From positions 4,960,001-5,024,000 of the forward strand of contig OZ240241.1 of NCBI GenBank assembly GCA_965198115.1: a stretch of DNA of 64,000 nt. Direction: 5' to 3'. The stretch comes from Candidatus Latescibacterota bacterium (GTDB lineage: Bacteria; Latescibacterota; UBA2968). The notes beneath the pieces are model-generated. The model was given only the letters and a program-made list of their open reading frames with translations, had not been told where the DNA came from and ran no database searches. This document shows, one piece after another, positions 1-10,478 of the stretch. The position numbers were made by a program, and so were the translations under genes. Each line of letters opens with the position of its first letter. Positions within the stretch are counted from its first letter, which is position 1.

Positions 1-71
1 TCCCTCGGGCTGTTGAAAGGGCAAGCCGGCCCTGGGGAATCCCAGAGCCCAATACGAGAGAGGGGACGACT

Positions 72-564
72 ATGAGCGAAGCTATTGCTGAGTTGTTGAA
101 GGCCAAAGACCAACTTGCCGAACTGGCGAATCTGGTCGATGGGATGATGAACCAGATCGTGGCCTAATCTGGGAGAGCTCTTCCGATTTCGGACGCATCA
201 AGGAGAGCGGGCCCCATTGGGCATATGGAGTCGTGAACAGGGCAGAGGGCTCGGGGTCACAGGTAGTAGGGTCCTCCTTGAGCGCCCTGAGGTCCTCCCT
301 CCCTCCTGACCGCATTCGCCATCTACTCGTATCGTGGCTCGATGAGGCTGAGCCGAAGCGCCCCCGCCGGCAGTTTTCCACAGCCTCCCGGGAGCGTAAC
401 CGTGGGCACAGTGGCCGAAACGGAATTTGCCTCACTGAGCAATCTACGCACAGCAGCTGATGGAGGAAAACGGCATCGACCCCGAAGACATCGACGGGTC
501 TGGCGAAAACGGCCTCATCAAGAAGGTGGACGTGGAGGCTTGGCTCGAACTCGAGGGCGTATGA
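72..564 (+). pseudogene. Phage-type small protein with C-terminal E3-binding (PSBD)-like domain, frameshifted
   Basis: ATG at 72 after GAGAGGGG; frame 451-564 reads QQLMEENGIDPEDIDGSGENGLIKKVDVEAW (E3-binding pattern GID...GSG..G.I.K.DV); its stop overlaps the next ATG (ATGA); frame breaks upstream. Confidence 0.45.
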
Positions 565-1340
565 CCTACGCCGAGGCGTACATAGACGCAGCTGATCCTG
601 CGCACAAATCCGTCTCTGAGACCAACGACCTGGCCCTTCTCAGGCGGGCCACTCAGGCCACGATGCGCGAAGCCTCGGCCTGGCGCGGCGGGGTGTGGTG
701 GTTTACCGAAGTCGAGATCGCCCTACAGGCCGGTATCAGGCTCTACGATGCCCCTTCGCGTGCGTGGAACCCCGTCACCCGGGACACGTCCGGTGAGTAT
801 ATCCAGCTTGCCAGCTACGATGTGAAGACCTTCAGGACGAACAACGAGCTCTCGCTGCCGTTCGTGTCCAAGGAGTATGTCAGCTATTACGACACGAACT
901 GGACCCATACCGCAGATGAGGGATCGGTCTATCAGTGGACGTGGAGCGGGGCGAAAATCGCCGTCTACCACACGCCCTCGCAAGACTACATCGCGGAAAA
1001 CCCCTACATCTGGGGAACCGCCTACCGGGAGCTGCACACCCCCAAGAACAATCCCTCAGATACTGCCGATGACGACAACTGGGACGACGAGATCGACGCG
1101 GTGCCCCGGCAGTACCATCAGGTGATCGTCGACGGGATCACCTACCACGCCTTCCGATTGTCCCGCAACGGCAACTACGTCAACGCACGGGCGATCTTCC
1201 ACGATGGCCTCGACCAGATGAGGGAAAAGTCGCGGCCCTACCTCGGGCAGGCGTCGGGCCAGATGTCGCCATCACCGGCGTTCCAGCGCGGAAATCAGGT
1301 GGTGGTGTCGCCGGGATACTCTGACTACGGACGGAGGTAA
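561..1340 (+). CDS. Putative phage virion structural protein (head-tail adaptor-like)
   Basis: ORF 342..1340 re-started at ATG 561 (MTYAEAY), coupled to the upstream stop; tight co-directional gene packing; function is inferred from context only. Confidence 0.4.
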   Translation: MTYAEAYIDAADPAHKSVSETNDLALLRRATQATMREASAWRGGVWWFTEVEIALQAGIRLYDAPSRAWNPVTRDTSGEYIQLASYDVKTFRTNNELSLPFVSKEYVSYYDTNWTHTADEGSVYQWTWSGAKIAVYHTPSQDYIAENPYIWGTAYRELHTPKNNPSDTADDDNWDDEIDAVPRQYHQVIVDGITYHAFRLSRNGNYVNARAIFHDGLDQMREKSRPYLGQASGQMSPSPAFQRGNQVVVSPGYSDYGRR

Positions 1341-1341
1341 C

Positions 1342-1797
1342 TTGGTGAAGGTTGTAGCTTTCATCATCGCGATCTTTTCAGCTTCGGCATTCGGCCAGGT
1401 GGGCATCAACTTCACCAACCTCCCACCTCTGGGCTGGGACCCGTTCGAGGTTGCCGATTCGACGTTTCTGGTGGGGGCCGACACGGTTTCCGTCAAACTC
1501 ATCACCGGGGCTTTTGACTCCCTGGCCTACATCGGGAAGTTCGAGGGTCGTAACGACTCGACGAACCTGGTTGTCGTGGCCGACCAGGGATGGGACGGCT
1601 GGCGGTGGATCACCACAGACACTATCGACACGATCGTCCGTTCCGGGACGCTCCCGGACACCCTTATCGCAGAGGAAATCAGCGGAATCTTGAAAAATTG
1701 GCTGCCCCGGACCCGCATACGGCTTGTGTCGTCTGCAGGTCCCCTCGATTCGACCGCGGCCACGGTGACCATCATCCCCTTCTACCTTCGACGATAA
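1342..1797 (+). CDS. Hypothetical protein with signal peptide (prophage region)
   Basis: 151-aa ORF, GGAGG RBS, hydrophobic N-terminus ending in AFG. Confidence 0.6.
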   Translation: MVKVVAFIIAIFSASAFGQVGINFTNLPPLGWDPFEVADSTFLVGADTVSVKLITGAFDSLAYIGKFEGRNDSTNLVVVADQGWDGWRWITTDTIDTIVRSGTLPDTLIAEEISGILKNWLPRTRIRLVSSAGPLDSTAATVTIIPFYLRR

Positions 1798-2257
1798 TGC
1801 ACCGACGACGCCTGCAAGCCCAGCCCCGGCTTTTGACTATCCCGAGCGGCGGGATCTATAACCTCCGCTCGGGGGTCAACGACTCGGGCGAGGCGATCGA
1901 AATTCCGCTGTCCTATATGAGAGTTTGCGAGAATATGTATGTCAACCGGGACAGCTTGATCGGCCGCGGCGGAACCCAAAAGCGGTGGGGTGGGGCTTCT
2001 CTCGAGGGCGGGGCTCCGATACAGCACGTCCACCAGCACTTCACGAGAGCGGGGCCACAGGGACTGCGGGTCTGGGTGGCGGGGTTGGGGAATTCTCAAT
2101 CCATGGCGCCGATGGTACCGGAGGACAAGTCAACAACTTCGGCGCAAGTGGGGGTGGAGGTGGACATTTAGAACGTTGGTTGGGAGGGGTTGGCGGTAAT
2201 ACCTTGGGCACAGACGGCAGTGACGGGTTTGACGTTCACCAACTCGGCGGGGAGTAG
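1797..2257 (+). pseudogene. N-terminus of a putative phage tail/DNA-stabilisation protein joined at ~2050 to a Gly-rich tail-like C-terminus
   Basis: MHRRRLQ...GVNDS...MRVCENMYVNRDSLIGRGGT starts at a TAATG overlap; switches to GATGTAGLGGG...GDGF in another frame. Confidence 0.35.
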
Positions 2258-2311
2258 AAGTCGAACGCCCTCTACCTCACAGCTGGAACACAACCCTCAG
2301 AGGGTAATGAA

Positions 2312-2986
2312 ATGAAGAGTCTGCTACGTGCCGCAGCGGAGGAGTACCACAACCTGGAGAGGTACTTAGAGACTCGACACCGAGAGATAGTCAAGATTCT
2401 CGGGCCATATCCTGATTTGACCGACTCATACGGTCAGTTGATTTGTCACGCCACGCTGATACTGGGTAATGTAACTCCCAAGTCGAAGCAAGACGCCGCT
2501 CTGAGGGATCAGATGGCTGATGTGTTCGATTTCCTTTGCTCTGCACGGGAACAAGTCCTCGGGGGAATGCTGCATCTGGCCTATCCCTTAAGCAGGAGGG
2601 CATACGAGACCCTCTCACTGATGGTTCTATGTTTCCTGGACGACCCAACTGTGCAGAAGTGGGAATCAGGCCATCAGATCAGCAATTCAACGGTGAGGAG
2701 GAAGCTGTCCGAACATCCTATGGGAGAATCCGAAGCAGCTATGAAGAGCCTATACAAATTCTATAGTATAGCTGCACATCCGAACAGAGACATGATTCGG
2801 TACCGATACTTGGGTGAAGGCAATCAGTTTGTTCTGGGAGCAATAGCGATACCCGATCTGACCTTTACTTTCCATTCCTGCATGGCTCACGTAGATCTCT
2901 GGTTCTGGTTCGGTGCAGTAGTTACGCACGCATTCCTGGTCCGTCGAAGCCGGTGTCGCTCATGTCGCGGGGCCTCCCGTTTTTAG
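2312..2986 (+). CDS. Hypothetical protein (accessory; R...E and Y...S..AH motifs), 3' end probably truncated
   Basis: 224-aa ORF with GAGG RBS and lower GC; the last ~15 aa are read through a junction. Confidence 0.55.
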   Translation: MKSLLRAAAEEYHNLERYLETRHREIVKILGPYPDLTDSYGQLICHATLILGNVTPKSKQDAALRDQMADVFDFLCSAREQVLGGMLHLAYPLSRRAYETLSLMVLCFLDDPTVQKWESGHQISNSTVRRKLSEHPMGESEAAMKSLYKFYSIAAHPNRDMIRYRYLGEGNQFVLGAIAIPDLTFTFHSCMAHVDLWFWFGAVVTHAFLVRRSRCRSCRGASRF

Positions 2987-3159
2987 AGTACTCTAACGGA
3001 AGACGCAAACCGTTTCTCACTCCCCGAACCTCCGATCGCGCCACGAGGTGTTCGGATATCGGTGCTGTCAACAATTAATTTCGACAGACAATAAATCGAT
3101 TCCAGTTGATTCCAAAACGCTGGATCCTAGTCCACCAGTGGCAAAGGGCCTATATTTTG

Positions 3160-4579
3160 GGCTCTATCCGGGTTTCTCAACGGTGAAACTATAGAATGAC
3201 AAGGTCATAGATCGTTCCCTACGCTTGGTTGTGTGTGTAGGACAATCAAAGCGAAGGGGGTGCGACCTATGACCGGGAGCAGATTACTATCGAAACTGCT
3301 GAGATTCAAGGGGTTCCGTGTTGTCAGCTGGTGGTTTGAGGGGAGAAGCTGTTTCGTCATCGCCGTAAAGCCACATAAGAATGGTTGTTGTTGTCCGGAG
3401 TGCGGCCGTCGAGGTAAAATCGTCCGCACAATGCCCCATCCGCGTCGGTGGCGTGACATTCCGGTGTGCGGGTGGAGGGTCTGGCTTCTCTACCATCCTC
3501 GGGAGATTCGGTGTCCTACCCACGGTCGTGTGGTCGAGGAGATTCCGTGGGCGGAGCGGTTCTCTCGGGTGACGTATCGCTTCGAGTATGCCATGCTGCG
3601 CTACTGCCAGACCATGACGCAGAAGGCGGCGTCCGAGTTACTGCGCATCTCTGCCTCGACGCTGTCGGATCTCCTTCACCGATCCATCACGCGGCTTCGT
3701 GAAGGTCATCGTATCCGAGGGCTCAAAACCATCGGGATCGACGAGATCTCCTACGCCAAGCGTCACAGGTACGCCACGCTCGTTTACGATCTGGACCGCT
3801 CCTGCGTGGTGTGGGTTGGCCGCGGCAGGGCGCGTAAAACGATCGATCGGTTCTTCACAGAGGCTCTCAGTCCCTACCGGAGATCCAAGATCGAGTGGGC
3901 CTGCTGCGACATGAGCGAAGCTTACATCGGAGCCATCCAGGAACACTGTCCGAATGCCAAGCTGGTCCTCGATCGCTTTCACATCGTCAAGGCTCTCAAT
4001 GCCGCCGTTGACGAGGTCCGTAAGGACCAGTGGCGTAAAGCTGCCCCGGATGAGCGCAAAGCCATGAAGGGCCTCCGATGGCTCCTCTACCGGCACTCAG
4101 CGACACGCTCCAGAGGGGATACTCGGACACTCGAAGCACTGGAGAAGGCGAACTACCGAATCTATAGAGCCTGGAGACTCAAGGACGAGTTCGAGCAGTT
4201 CTGGGAATACAAAGCGCCCTGGGCTGCCGAACGCTTCCTGAAATGCTGGACGACGTCCGCACTCAGAAGTCGACTTGAACCCCTGCGAAAGTTCGTCAGG
4301 ACCCTGCGACAGCACTTCTTCGGCGTCCTCGCATTCGTGAACACGCGTCTTACCAACGCCATCGCCGAAGGCCTCAACCGAATCGTCCAAATCGTCAAGA
4401 ACCGAGCCAGCGGATTCCGCACACTCGACGCATTCAACGATATGATCTTCCTTACCGTCGGAGACATAAACATCCCTGAGCAGATTCCGAAGAGGTTCCG
4501 CACACTCTAACCGCGCCCCCATGCCAGGAACCACGGCACCTTCACCCACTTCATCTCGTTGAGAGATCCGGATATAGCC
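3160..4579 (+). mobile_element. ISL3-family IS, copy 1 (1420 bp)
   Basis: IRs GGCTCTATCCGG / CCGGATATAGCC; flanking direct repeat CTATATTTTG (3150-3159, 4580-4589). Confidence 0.95.
3233..4510 (+). CDS. ISL3 transposase
   Basis: zf-ISL3 CPECG, GIDE, DMS, DRFH and TNAIAEGLN motifs. Confidence 0.95.
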   Translation: MCRTIKAKGVRPMTGSRLLSKLLRFKGFRVVSWWFEGRSCFVIAVKPHKNGCCCPECGRRGKIVRTMPHPRRWRDIPVCGWRVWLLYHPREIRCPTHGRVVEEIPWAERFSRVTYRFEYAMLRYCQTMTQKAASELLRISASTLSDLLHRSITRLREGHRIRGLKTIGIDEISYAKRHRYATLVYDLDRSCVVWVGRGRARKTIDRFFTEALSPYRRSKIEWACCDMSEAYIGAIQEHCPNAKLVLDRFHIVKALNAAVDEVRKDQWRKAAPDERKAMKGLRWLLYRHSATRSRGDTRTLEALEKANYRIYRAWRLKDEFEQFWEYKAPWAAERFLKCWTTSALRSRLEPLRKFVRTLRQHFFGVLAFVNTRLTNAIAEGLNRIVQIVKNRASGFRTLDAFNDMIFLTVGDINIPEQIPKRFRTL

Positions 4580-4759
4580 CTATATTTTGGCATCGAAAAG
4601 CACCCGCTGTTAGAATGACGCAAAAAGAGGGGCCATGACACTCACCGAAAGCACATCGAGTGCGCCCATGTGTTGCGCCAGGCTTGAGATCTCGGGCCAG
4701 AACACGAAAAAAATGGCGTTGGAATATGGGTGTAACGCGTTCCACAATTTACAATTTAT

Positions 4760-5020
4760 CCAACCTCTACACCGGATTCATGTTCCTTGCCGCCCGCCGT
4801 ATACGGCCCGGAGGCGAGATGGTCGCCATTGTCCCCCGTTCATTCTGCAACGGCCCCTACTTCAAGCCGTTCCGGGAACAGTTCTTCTCGATGATGAGCC
4901 TTCGCCACATTCACGTTTTTGAGAAACGAGACCGTGCCTTCAAGGACGACGCCGTGCTTCAGGAGAACATCATAATCCACGCCGTGAAGGACAACCGCCC
5001 AGGCGACATCACCATCACGA
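4760..5020 (+). pseudogene. Internal fragment of an Eco57I/BsuBI-PstI-like adenine DNA methyltransferase
   Basis: SNLYTGF...PGGEMVAIVPRSFCNGPYFKPFR...RAFKDDAVLQENII. Confidence 0.7.
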
Positions 5021-5062
5021 CATTGCTTGGGCGGCTATCGACGTGGCCTGTCTTAAAACACT

Positions 5063-5270
5063 TCAGCCGCTCGTACTCCTCCACCGCCCCACCACCACGA
5101 CCGGACGCACAAACCGCTTCACCGTTTCGTAGCTGCCTTCGTACCGCCGCCGGCAGCTCCTGGAACAACACCCGCGCCGAGTGGCCCACCTCCGCCGCAG
5201 GCACCGCCGCACCGTCTTGCGATCAAGATCCAGCTCGCGAGCAATCGCTCGGATCGATGCCCCCGCCGCC
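5063..5270 (-). mobile_element. Degraded IS21 istA N-terminal fragment
   Basis: GASIRAIARELDLDRKTVRR HTH and YEGSYETVKRFVRP, with internal deletions. Confidence 0.6.
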
Positions 5271-5271
5271 G

Positions 5272-5538
5272 CGCCACCTGAGAACGACCAACATCGTCGA
5301 GAGCCCCTTTGCATCCGTGCGGTTACGAACCAACGCCGCCAAACGCTACAAGAAGGTCGTCGCGGCAAGCGCTCTCATCTGGCGAACACTGATGGTCGCC
5401 GAGAAACGCTTCCGGCGACTCAATGCACCCCATCTGTTACACGTTGTTTATGCACAGCACAACCAAACTATGACCACAATCGACTCCGGGAAGAAGCTGG
5501 CCGCCTGATCTATTTACACACCTCTTGACTCGACCTCC
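5272..5538 (+). mobile_element. 3' fragment of an IS256-family element with right IR
   Basis: HLRTTNIVESPFASVRLRT...KKLAA* then TTTACACACCTCTTGAC; related to the element at 52934-54304. Confidence 0.8.
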
Positions 5539-5768
5539 TCCAAAGAGCCCAAAATGCATCGGCACGTCACCCATCATATCCTGCATGGCATTTCTCCTTA
5601 GTATTGGTTTGCTTAAAGCCACTTAACTATTAATTTCAGATTGCATATCATCGCCTAAGACTAAGAACGACGACGCTGGCCAGTTTAGGAACTCCGCCGG
5701 CTACATAATGCCAATTTAAGTGCACACAACCGGTCCCAACGCCAGCAATTACATGAGGAGGAATAGGC

Positions 5769-6434
5769 ATGAAAGCGATAACAGATGCACTCGTGCAATC
5801 ATACCAGACATTTTTCACACAGTTATCTGCTTTTCTACCCAAGCTAATCGGATGTGTCTTGATTCTGATCTTCGGGTGGATTGCCGCCAAGATAATCCGT
5901 GCAGTTTCCGTGAGATTACTCGCTGTTGTACGTCTGCACGTGCTAACCGAAAAGGCCAAGATCGATCAGTTCTTGAGCGAAGGGGGGATCAAGCAGTCGG
6001 CCATTGAAATTATTGGAACCCTCTTTTACTGGCTTACGATGCTGATCGTTATTGTGGCTGCATTCAACAGCCTGGGTTTGCGTGTGGCGTCTGAACTGTT
6101 TAACCAGGTTATCCTGTTCATACCGAACATCATCGTGTCTATTTTTGTGCTCATCCTTGGCCTCTTCCTTGCCAACTTCACCAGACAGATTGTTGTCACC
6201 TATTCCAGGAACGTTGGCATACAGAATGCCGACACGATGGGTAACATCACACAATACGCGATTGTCATCTTTGTCGTCTCCATCGCTTTGACGCAGATGA
6301 ATATCGGTGAAGAAATTATAGCCAACCTGATTCTTGTCCTGTTCGGAGCCGTCTGTTTGGCGTTATCTCTCGCATTCGGACTCGGCGGGCGTGATTGGGC
6401 GTCGGGCGTGATCGAAAAATTTTGGGAGGAATGA
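5769..6434 (+). CDS. CmpX/TM_helix-type small mechanosensitive-channel-like membrane protein
   Basis: FLPKLIG...GWI.AK, FIPNIIVS repeat, ALSLAFGLGGRD. Confidence 0.85.
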   Translation: MKAITDALVQSYQTFFTQLSAFLPKLIGCVLILIFGWIAAKIIRAVSVRLLAVVRLHVLTEKAKIDQFLSEGGIKQSAIEIIGTLFYWLTMLIVIVAAFNSLGLRVASELFNQVILFIPNIIVSIFVLILGLFLANFTRQIVVTYSRNVGIQNADTMGNITQYAIVIFVVSIALTQMNIGEEIIANLILVLFGAVCLALSLAFGLGGRDWASGVIEKFWEE

Positions 6435-6683
6435 AGTAATCCTTGACTTCAAGGGCTTGCGTCAATGGTGGCGTAGGCCCTCGTTTGAGCAACGTCGCTA
6501 AAGAGAGCTTCACAAGAAAAGGAAGCCCCCGCCAGCGTATGCCAGCGGGGGCTCTCAGGTGGGACCTTCGTGGGGGTTCTCAGGCGTCTGCGTCTGAATG
6601 AATCCAGGGCAGGGAAAGATGTGTTCGTGTCGTTTGCCTATGGCTACGTGGGATCTGAGCGCGTCAGCGGCCAGATGTGAGGA

Positions 6684-6777
6684 TCAGTCTTCGTATGCCA
6701 CCGGCACCCGCACCGTAAACGTGCTGCCCTTGCCCACCTGGCTCTCCACGCCGATCGTTCCACCCAGCAGCTCTGCA
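6684..6777 (-). pseudogene. Histidine kinase HATPase C-terminal fragment
   Basis: ELLGGTIGVESQVGKGSTFTVRVP*. Confidence 0.7.
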
Positions 6778-6899
6778 TGTCGCCGCTCAGACTGGCCGAG
6801 GGGTGAAGCCACAGATCTCGAAGACCTGATGGAGCAGATCGCGGACCTTGATTCATCCTTCAGTCACCAACTCCATCGAACGCCCCCTGGAGGTCCCCT

Positions 6900-7385
6900 G
6901 TGAAGGCCCTGTATGACCGTTGGGCTGAGTGGTATGACGAATACCTCGGTGGGCCTCTCTACGAGCCAATGGCTGGACACGTGCGCAGGCTTGTCGGAAA
7001 TGGTAACGGCTATTGCCTTGATGCCGGTTGTGGAACAGGCGTTCATCTGAAGACGCTCAACGACCTGGGCTGGTCGGTAATCGGGGTCGATCTGTCGCGA
7101 AACCAGCTCCGACTTGCCTATCGGCGATCGCCACACGTCATCCAGGGTGGCGTAGGTTTCTTACCGCTTCCCTCAGGTCTGTTCGATCGGTGCGTATCGG
7201 TGCTCACCGTGACCGATTTAGACGATGTCGGTCCGTTTTTCACCGAAGCGGAGCGCGTGCTCCATTCAGATGGCCGGTTGGTGGTCGTTGCGACGCATCC
7301 TTGCTTCGTTGGCGCATTCTCGCGAATGGAGGCGGCCTTTCGAGTCGCCGTGAGTGCGTTTCTAGCCTGTTCGGGCGTCTTGTAG
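6900..7385 (+). CDS. Class I SAM-dependent methyltransferase (C-terminus probably truncated)
   Basis: LDAGCGTG, GVDLS, LPLP...FD, RVL...GRL. Confidence 0.8.
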   Translation: MKALYDRWAEWYDEYLGGPLYEPMAGHVRRLVGNGNGYCLDAGCGTGVHLKTLNDLGWSVIGVDLSRNQLRLAYRRSPHVIQGGVGFLPLPSGLFDRCVSVLTVTDLDDVGPFFTEAERVLHSDGRLVVVATHPCFVGAFSRMEAAFRVAVSAFLACSGVL

Positions 7386-7444
7386 CCGTGACGTTCGATG
7401 ATCCACCTGTGGTTGTATCTGTCCCGGAACCCTCTTGATTGACC

Positions 7445-7790
7445 CCTCCGAGTAGCTCTCCCTTCCTTGGGGAATGAGAAACTCGATTAAATTTGGACGA
7501 TCTTTTTCTGCCGGGGCTCTGGGGCGGATTTGATGAAATCGTTCCGAATTAGGGGCCTATGGCATCTGAGTGGGTAGAGGATCAGCAAATCCAGTATCAC
7601 TTCTCTGATCACGATTGCCCACCACTTCCACGCGACTCTTCGGCTCACAATCGTCTAAATTTTAAGAAAACGGCGTGTAAAGACCATAGACGGACGATCG
7701 TCAAAAAACTGACTTCAAGTCGGATTTAAAAAGATCGGGCTTTTTAGATCGAGTTTCTCTACGCGAAGGAAGGGAAGGTCATGCGGGAGG
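7445..7790. repeat. ~345-bp segment bounded by ~50-bp imperfect inverted repeats
   Basis: 7459-7507 TCCCTTCCTT..GAGAAACTCGAT..CGATCTTTTT is matched in reverse complement by 7728-7775. Confidence 0.7.
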
Positions 7791-7883
7791 CTTACGAGTA
7801 GATGGCGATGCGAACTGTCACTGTGTCTGGCGAATCTGGTAATCCCTCAAGCCCAAAGTTCTGAGCAAGCATGACAACACCAG

Positions 7884-7970
7884 GGTCAAGTCCCATTGTC
7901 AGTGAAACTCATCGGGCTCCGTTGATTGTTCATGCTCTCTGTCGAGCATTCTGCTCGTTGCCGAGAGAAG
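7884..7970 (-). mobile_element. Terminal fragment of the IS256 element seen at 25445/32824/40385
   Basis: GGTCAAGTCCCATTGTCAGTGAAACTCATCGGG matches that element's IR, plus the transposase stop region. Confidence 0.75.
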
Positions 7971-7974
7971 TCAC

Positions 7975-8193
7975 ATGATGCTTGCTGCGAGCGGAGAAAT
8001 GGTAGCCACTGCTTGGGAGACCACCGAAACCCGGTCAGCCCTGATGAAAAGGGTTCGGCAAAGCGGTACCTCAGCAGAGCTACGGGTCAGGCAGACCCTT
8101 ACATCAATCGGAGCGAGATACAGACTCAACGTTCGCAGTCTGCCTGGCACTCCTGACGTCGCAAACAGGATTCGGGCCAAGGCCATTTTCTTT
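7975..8193 (+). pseudogene. vsr: Vsr-like very-short-patch repair endonuclease, N-terminal fragment
   Basis: RSALMKRVRQSGTSAEL.VR..L...G.RYR....SLPGTPD...AIF; the VHGCFWH half is absent. Confidence 0.7.
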
Positions 8194-8226
8194 GGGAATT
8201 ATATACAATTGTAAACAGGGTTGGAC

Positions 8227-8373
8227 TTACCGGTCTTGCTGGCGTTTCTCTGGTTGTTGCTCAGGGTCCGCTGGACGTGCTCGGGCAAACAGTGCCTTGG
8301 CTAGCTCCTCCGGGGTACCCTCGAATTTCATTATGCGTTCAGGCCGGCCACGCTTCTTACGTTGCTTTTTCAT
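8227..8373 (-). CDS. 48-aa basic small ORF inside the IS1595-like cassette
   Basis: MKKQRKKRGRPERIMKFEGTPEELAKALFAR..., preceded by a GGAG RBS. Confidence 0.5.
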   Translation of the reverse strand: MKKQRKKRGRPERIMKFEGTPEELAKALFARARPADPEQQPEKRQQDR

Positions 8374-8389
8374 ATTCTCTCCGATTGGG

Positions 8390-8646
8390 CTATTCGTTCA
8401 TTCTGACGCTTGAGAGCGGCTCTTGCTCCGCCAGCTCACCGTGCCATGCTTCATCGAGATCGCTCAAGGTCCAGGAGTCCTTGAAGGCGGCCCCTGCCGC
8501 CTTGCTCCCTACAGGCGCAGCATAGGTGCGGTTGCTATTGAACGGCGGGTCGAGGTAGACCAGATCGACGCACTCGCTATTCATGCCGCGCATAACGTCG
8601 AGGTTGTCACCTGTCCAAATGGTCCGGTTTTCCAGTTGGGTTTCAT
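8390..8646 (-). pseudogene. N6-adenine/N4-cytosine DNA methyltransferase (beta class), N-terminal fragment
   Basis: NRTIWTGDNLDVMRGMNSECVDLVYLDPPFNSNR (DPPF motif); truncated. Confidence 0.8.
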
Positions 8647-8932
8647 TCAGGCGATCAGATCGAGCAGCGATGGCCGGACGGGCAGCCGGATTGCCCGAAA
8701 TGTGGATCACTGGCCACAGCACCGTCAAGCCGATTCACTCACTTCCAGGGCAGAGTTGCAGTACCGTAGGTAGGCCCCGCCTTCGCAGAATCGGCCCCCT
8801 GGCGCAAAACCCGGGGGGCCGATTCTGTTTACAATTGTATATAATTCCCTTTTCTTTCCTGGCCATTCGGCCCCCTTTCTATGTTCCGATATCCTAACTT
8901 TAGGAATGGGAACAATCCAGGGGGGCAGGTCA

Positions 8933-9082
8933 GTCGACTGGTTCAACACACAAGCGGTTGCTCAAACCGATCGGAGACATCCCGCCACGCGAGTTTGAAC
9001 AGCACCACTACGATCAACGGGAAGCCCGGCCTTTGATGGCTGGACTCAACTAAACGAGCCTCCGAAATACCCGGGTGCTTGA
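8933..9082 (+). mobile_element. IS3-family 3' end fragment
   Basis: VDWFN...LKPIGDIPPREFEQ..Y...GLN* followed by a CCTCCGAAATACCCGG-type right end. Confidence 0.65.
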
Positions 9083-10265
9083 GTCGGAGCGGACGCAGGT
9101 GTGCGGGCCTCGTTATCGGCACACGGAAGAGCGACAGGCTCACCGGGGCGGGCATGTGCCCAGCTCCCTGGTACTGGGTGGGCGGCTGGTCAAGGTGAAG
9201 CGGCCTCGGGTGCGGACGACCTCGGGGGAAGAGGTGTCGCTGCCGAGCTGGGAATCGTGGTCGGCCAGGGACCCGCTTGAGGCGCGTGCGATCGAACAGA
9301 TGCTGGTCGGGGTGTCGACGCGCAAGTACCGGCGCTCTCTGGAGGAGGTGCCTGAGGTCCTTGTGGGCCGTGGAACCAGTCGGAGCGCGGTAAGTGGCCG
9401 GTTCGTCCGTGGGACAGCCAGGAAACTGGCCACGCTGATGGAGCGCGATCTGTCCGAGCTGGGCCTGAAAGTGCTGATGCTCGACGGCGTCCACTATGCC
9501 GGCGATCACGTCATTGTGGCGGGGGTGGGCATTGACGGCCAAGGCCAGAAGCACGTGCTCGGACTCTGGGAAGGGGCGACGGAGAACAAGGCCACCTGCA
9601 CGGCCCTGCTGGAGGACCTTGTAGAGCGGGGCCTCCCCACCGACCGGGCTATCCTCGTGGTGATCGACGGCGGCAAGGCCCTTTACAGGGCTGTGCGGTC
9701 GGTCCTCGGAAGACGCGCGCTCATCCAGCGATGCCAGGAGCATAAGAAGCGGAACGTGTTGGACGCGCTGCCGGAGGGCAAGCGGGGGTCGGTGAAGCGC
9801 GCCCTGAAAGACGCGTTCAAAGCCGAAGATCCTGAACTAGCCGAGCGTATGCTGAAGAATCTGGCGAGGAGCCTGGACGAGCAGCACCCCGGTGCGGCCG
9901 CCTCGCTCCGCGAAGGGCTCGAGGATCTGCTGACGGTCAAACGCCTGGGCCTCGGTGGATCTTCCCTGGAGCGCACCCTTTCGAGCACGAACGTCATCGA
10001 AAACCTGATCGGACAGTTGCGCCAACTCTCAGGCCGCGTCAAGCGATGGAAGAGCGGCCGCATGATCCTGCGCTGGAGCGCCGCCGGTGCCTTGGAAGCC
10101 GAACGGGGCTTCCGGCGACTCAAGGGCTACCGCCAGATGACCAAGCTTGTGGTCGCCCTTCAGACGCACGATGCCGCCCTCGACGGGAACGTTGAAGGAC
10201 GCGCTGCAGCCGCCTGAAACCATCACATGCCGCTGTCCAATTTCAACAGCGAAAAAGACATTGCC
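9083..10265 (+). mobile_element. IS256-family element, 5'-truncated transposase (ORF to 10217) with right IR
   Basis: GVSTRKY, MLDGV, VIDGGKAL, QRCQEHK, STNVIEN; right end TTTCAACAGCGAAAAAGACATTGCC. Confidence 0.85.
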
Positions 10266-10478
10266 TTCAGGTGCCCTATTCCCGAAATAGGGGGCCCAAG
10301 GCTCCACAGATCGGTCTCATTATGGGAACGATGGGACTCGTTTTCGGCTACGTCACCGGGCGATCTGACCGCTGGCAAGAGGTCGAAGTGGATCGTCTGA
10401 ATGTCGGGTTAATCCCACAGTATCACGGTGGGGTCGCCCTGTCAGCTTCGCTCTCATTCTGACAACGGGAGGATGGCG

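Larger units (their letters stand above)
8194..8849 (-). mobile_element. Non-autonomous IS1595-like cassette (656 bp) with passenger DNA-methyltransferase fragment
   Basis: Perfect 25-bp TIR GGGAATTATATACAATTGTAAACAG; 8-bp TSD TTTTCTTT (8186-8193, 8850-8857); no transposase ORF. Confidence 0.85.

Noticed and set aside
4660-5508. Methyltransferase-transposase fusion
   Set aside because: Chance in-frame join of MTase, antisense IS21 and IS256 scraps
7873-7895. IS256 circle junction (ACAACACC-AG-GGTCAAG)
   Set aside because: Only 8 bp match the opposite IR, which is too weak
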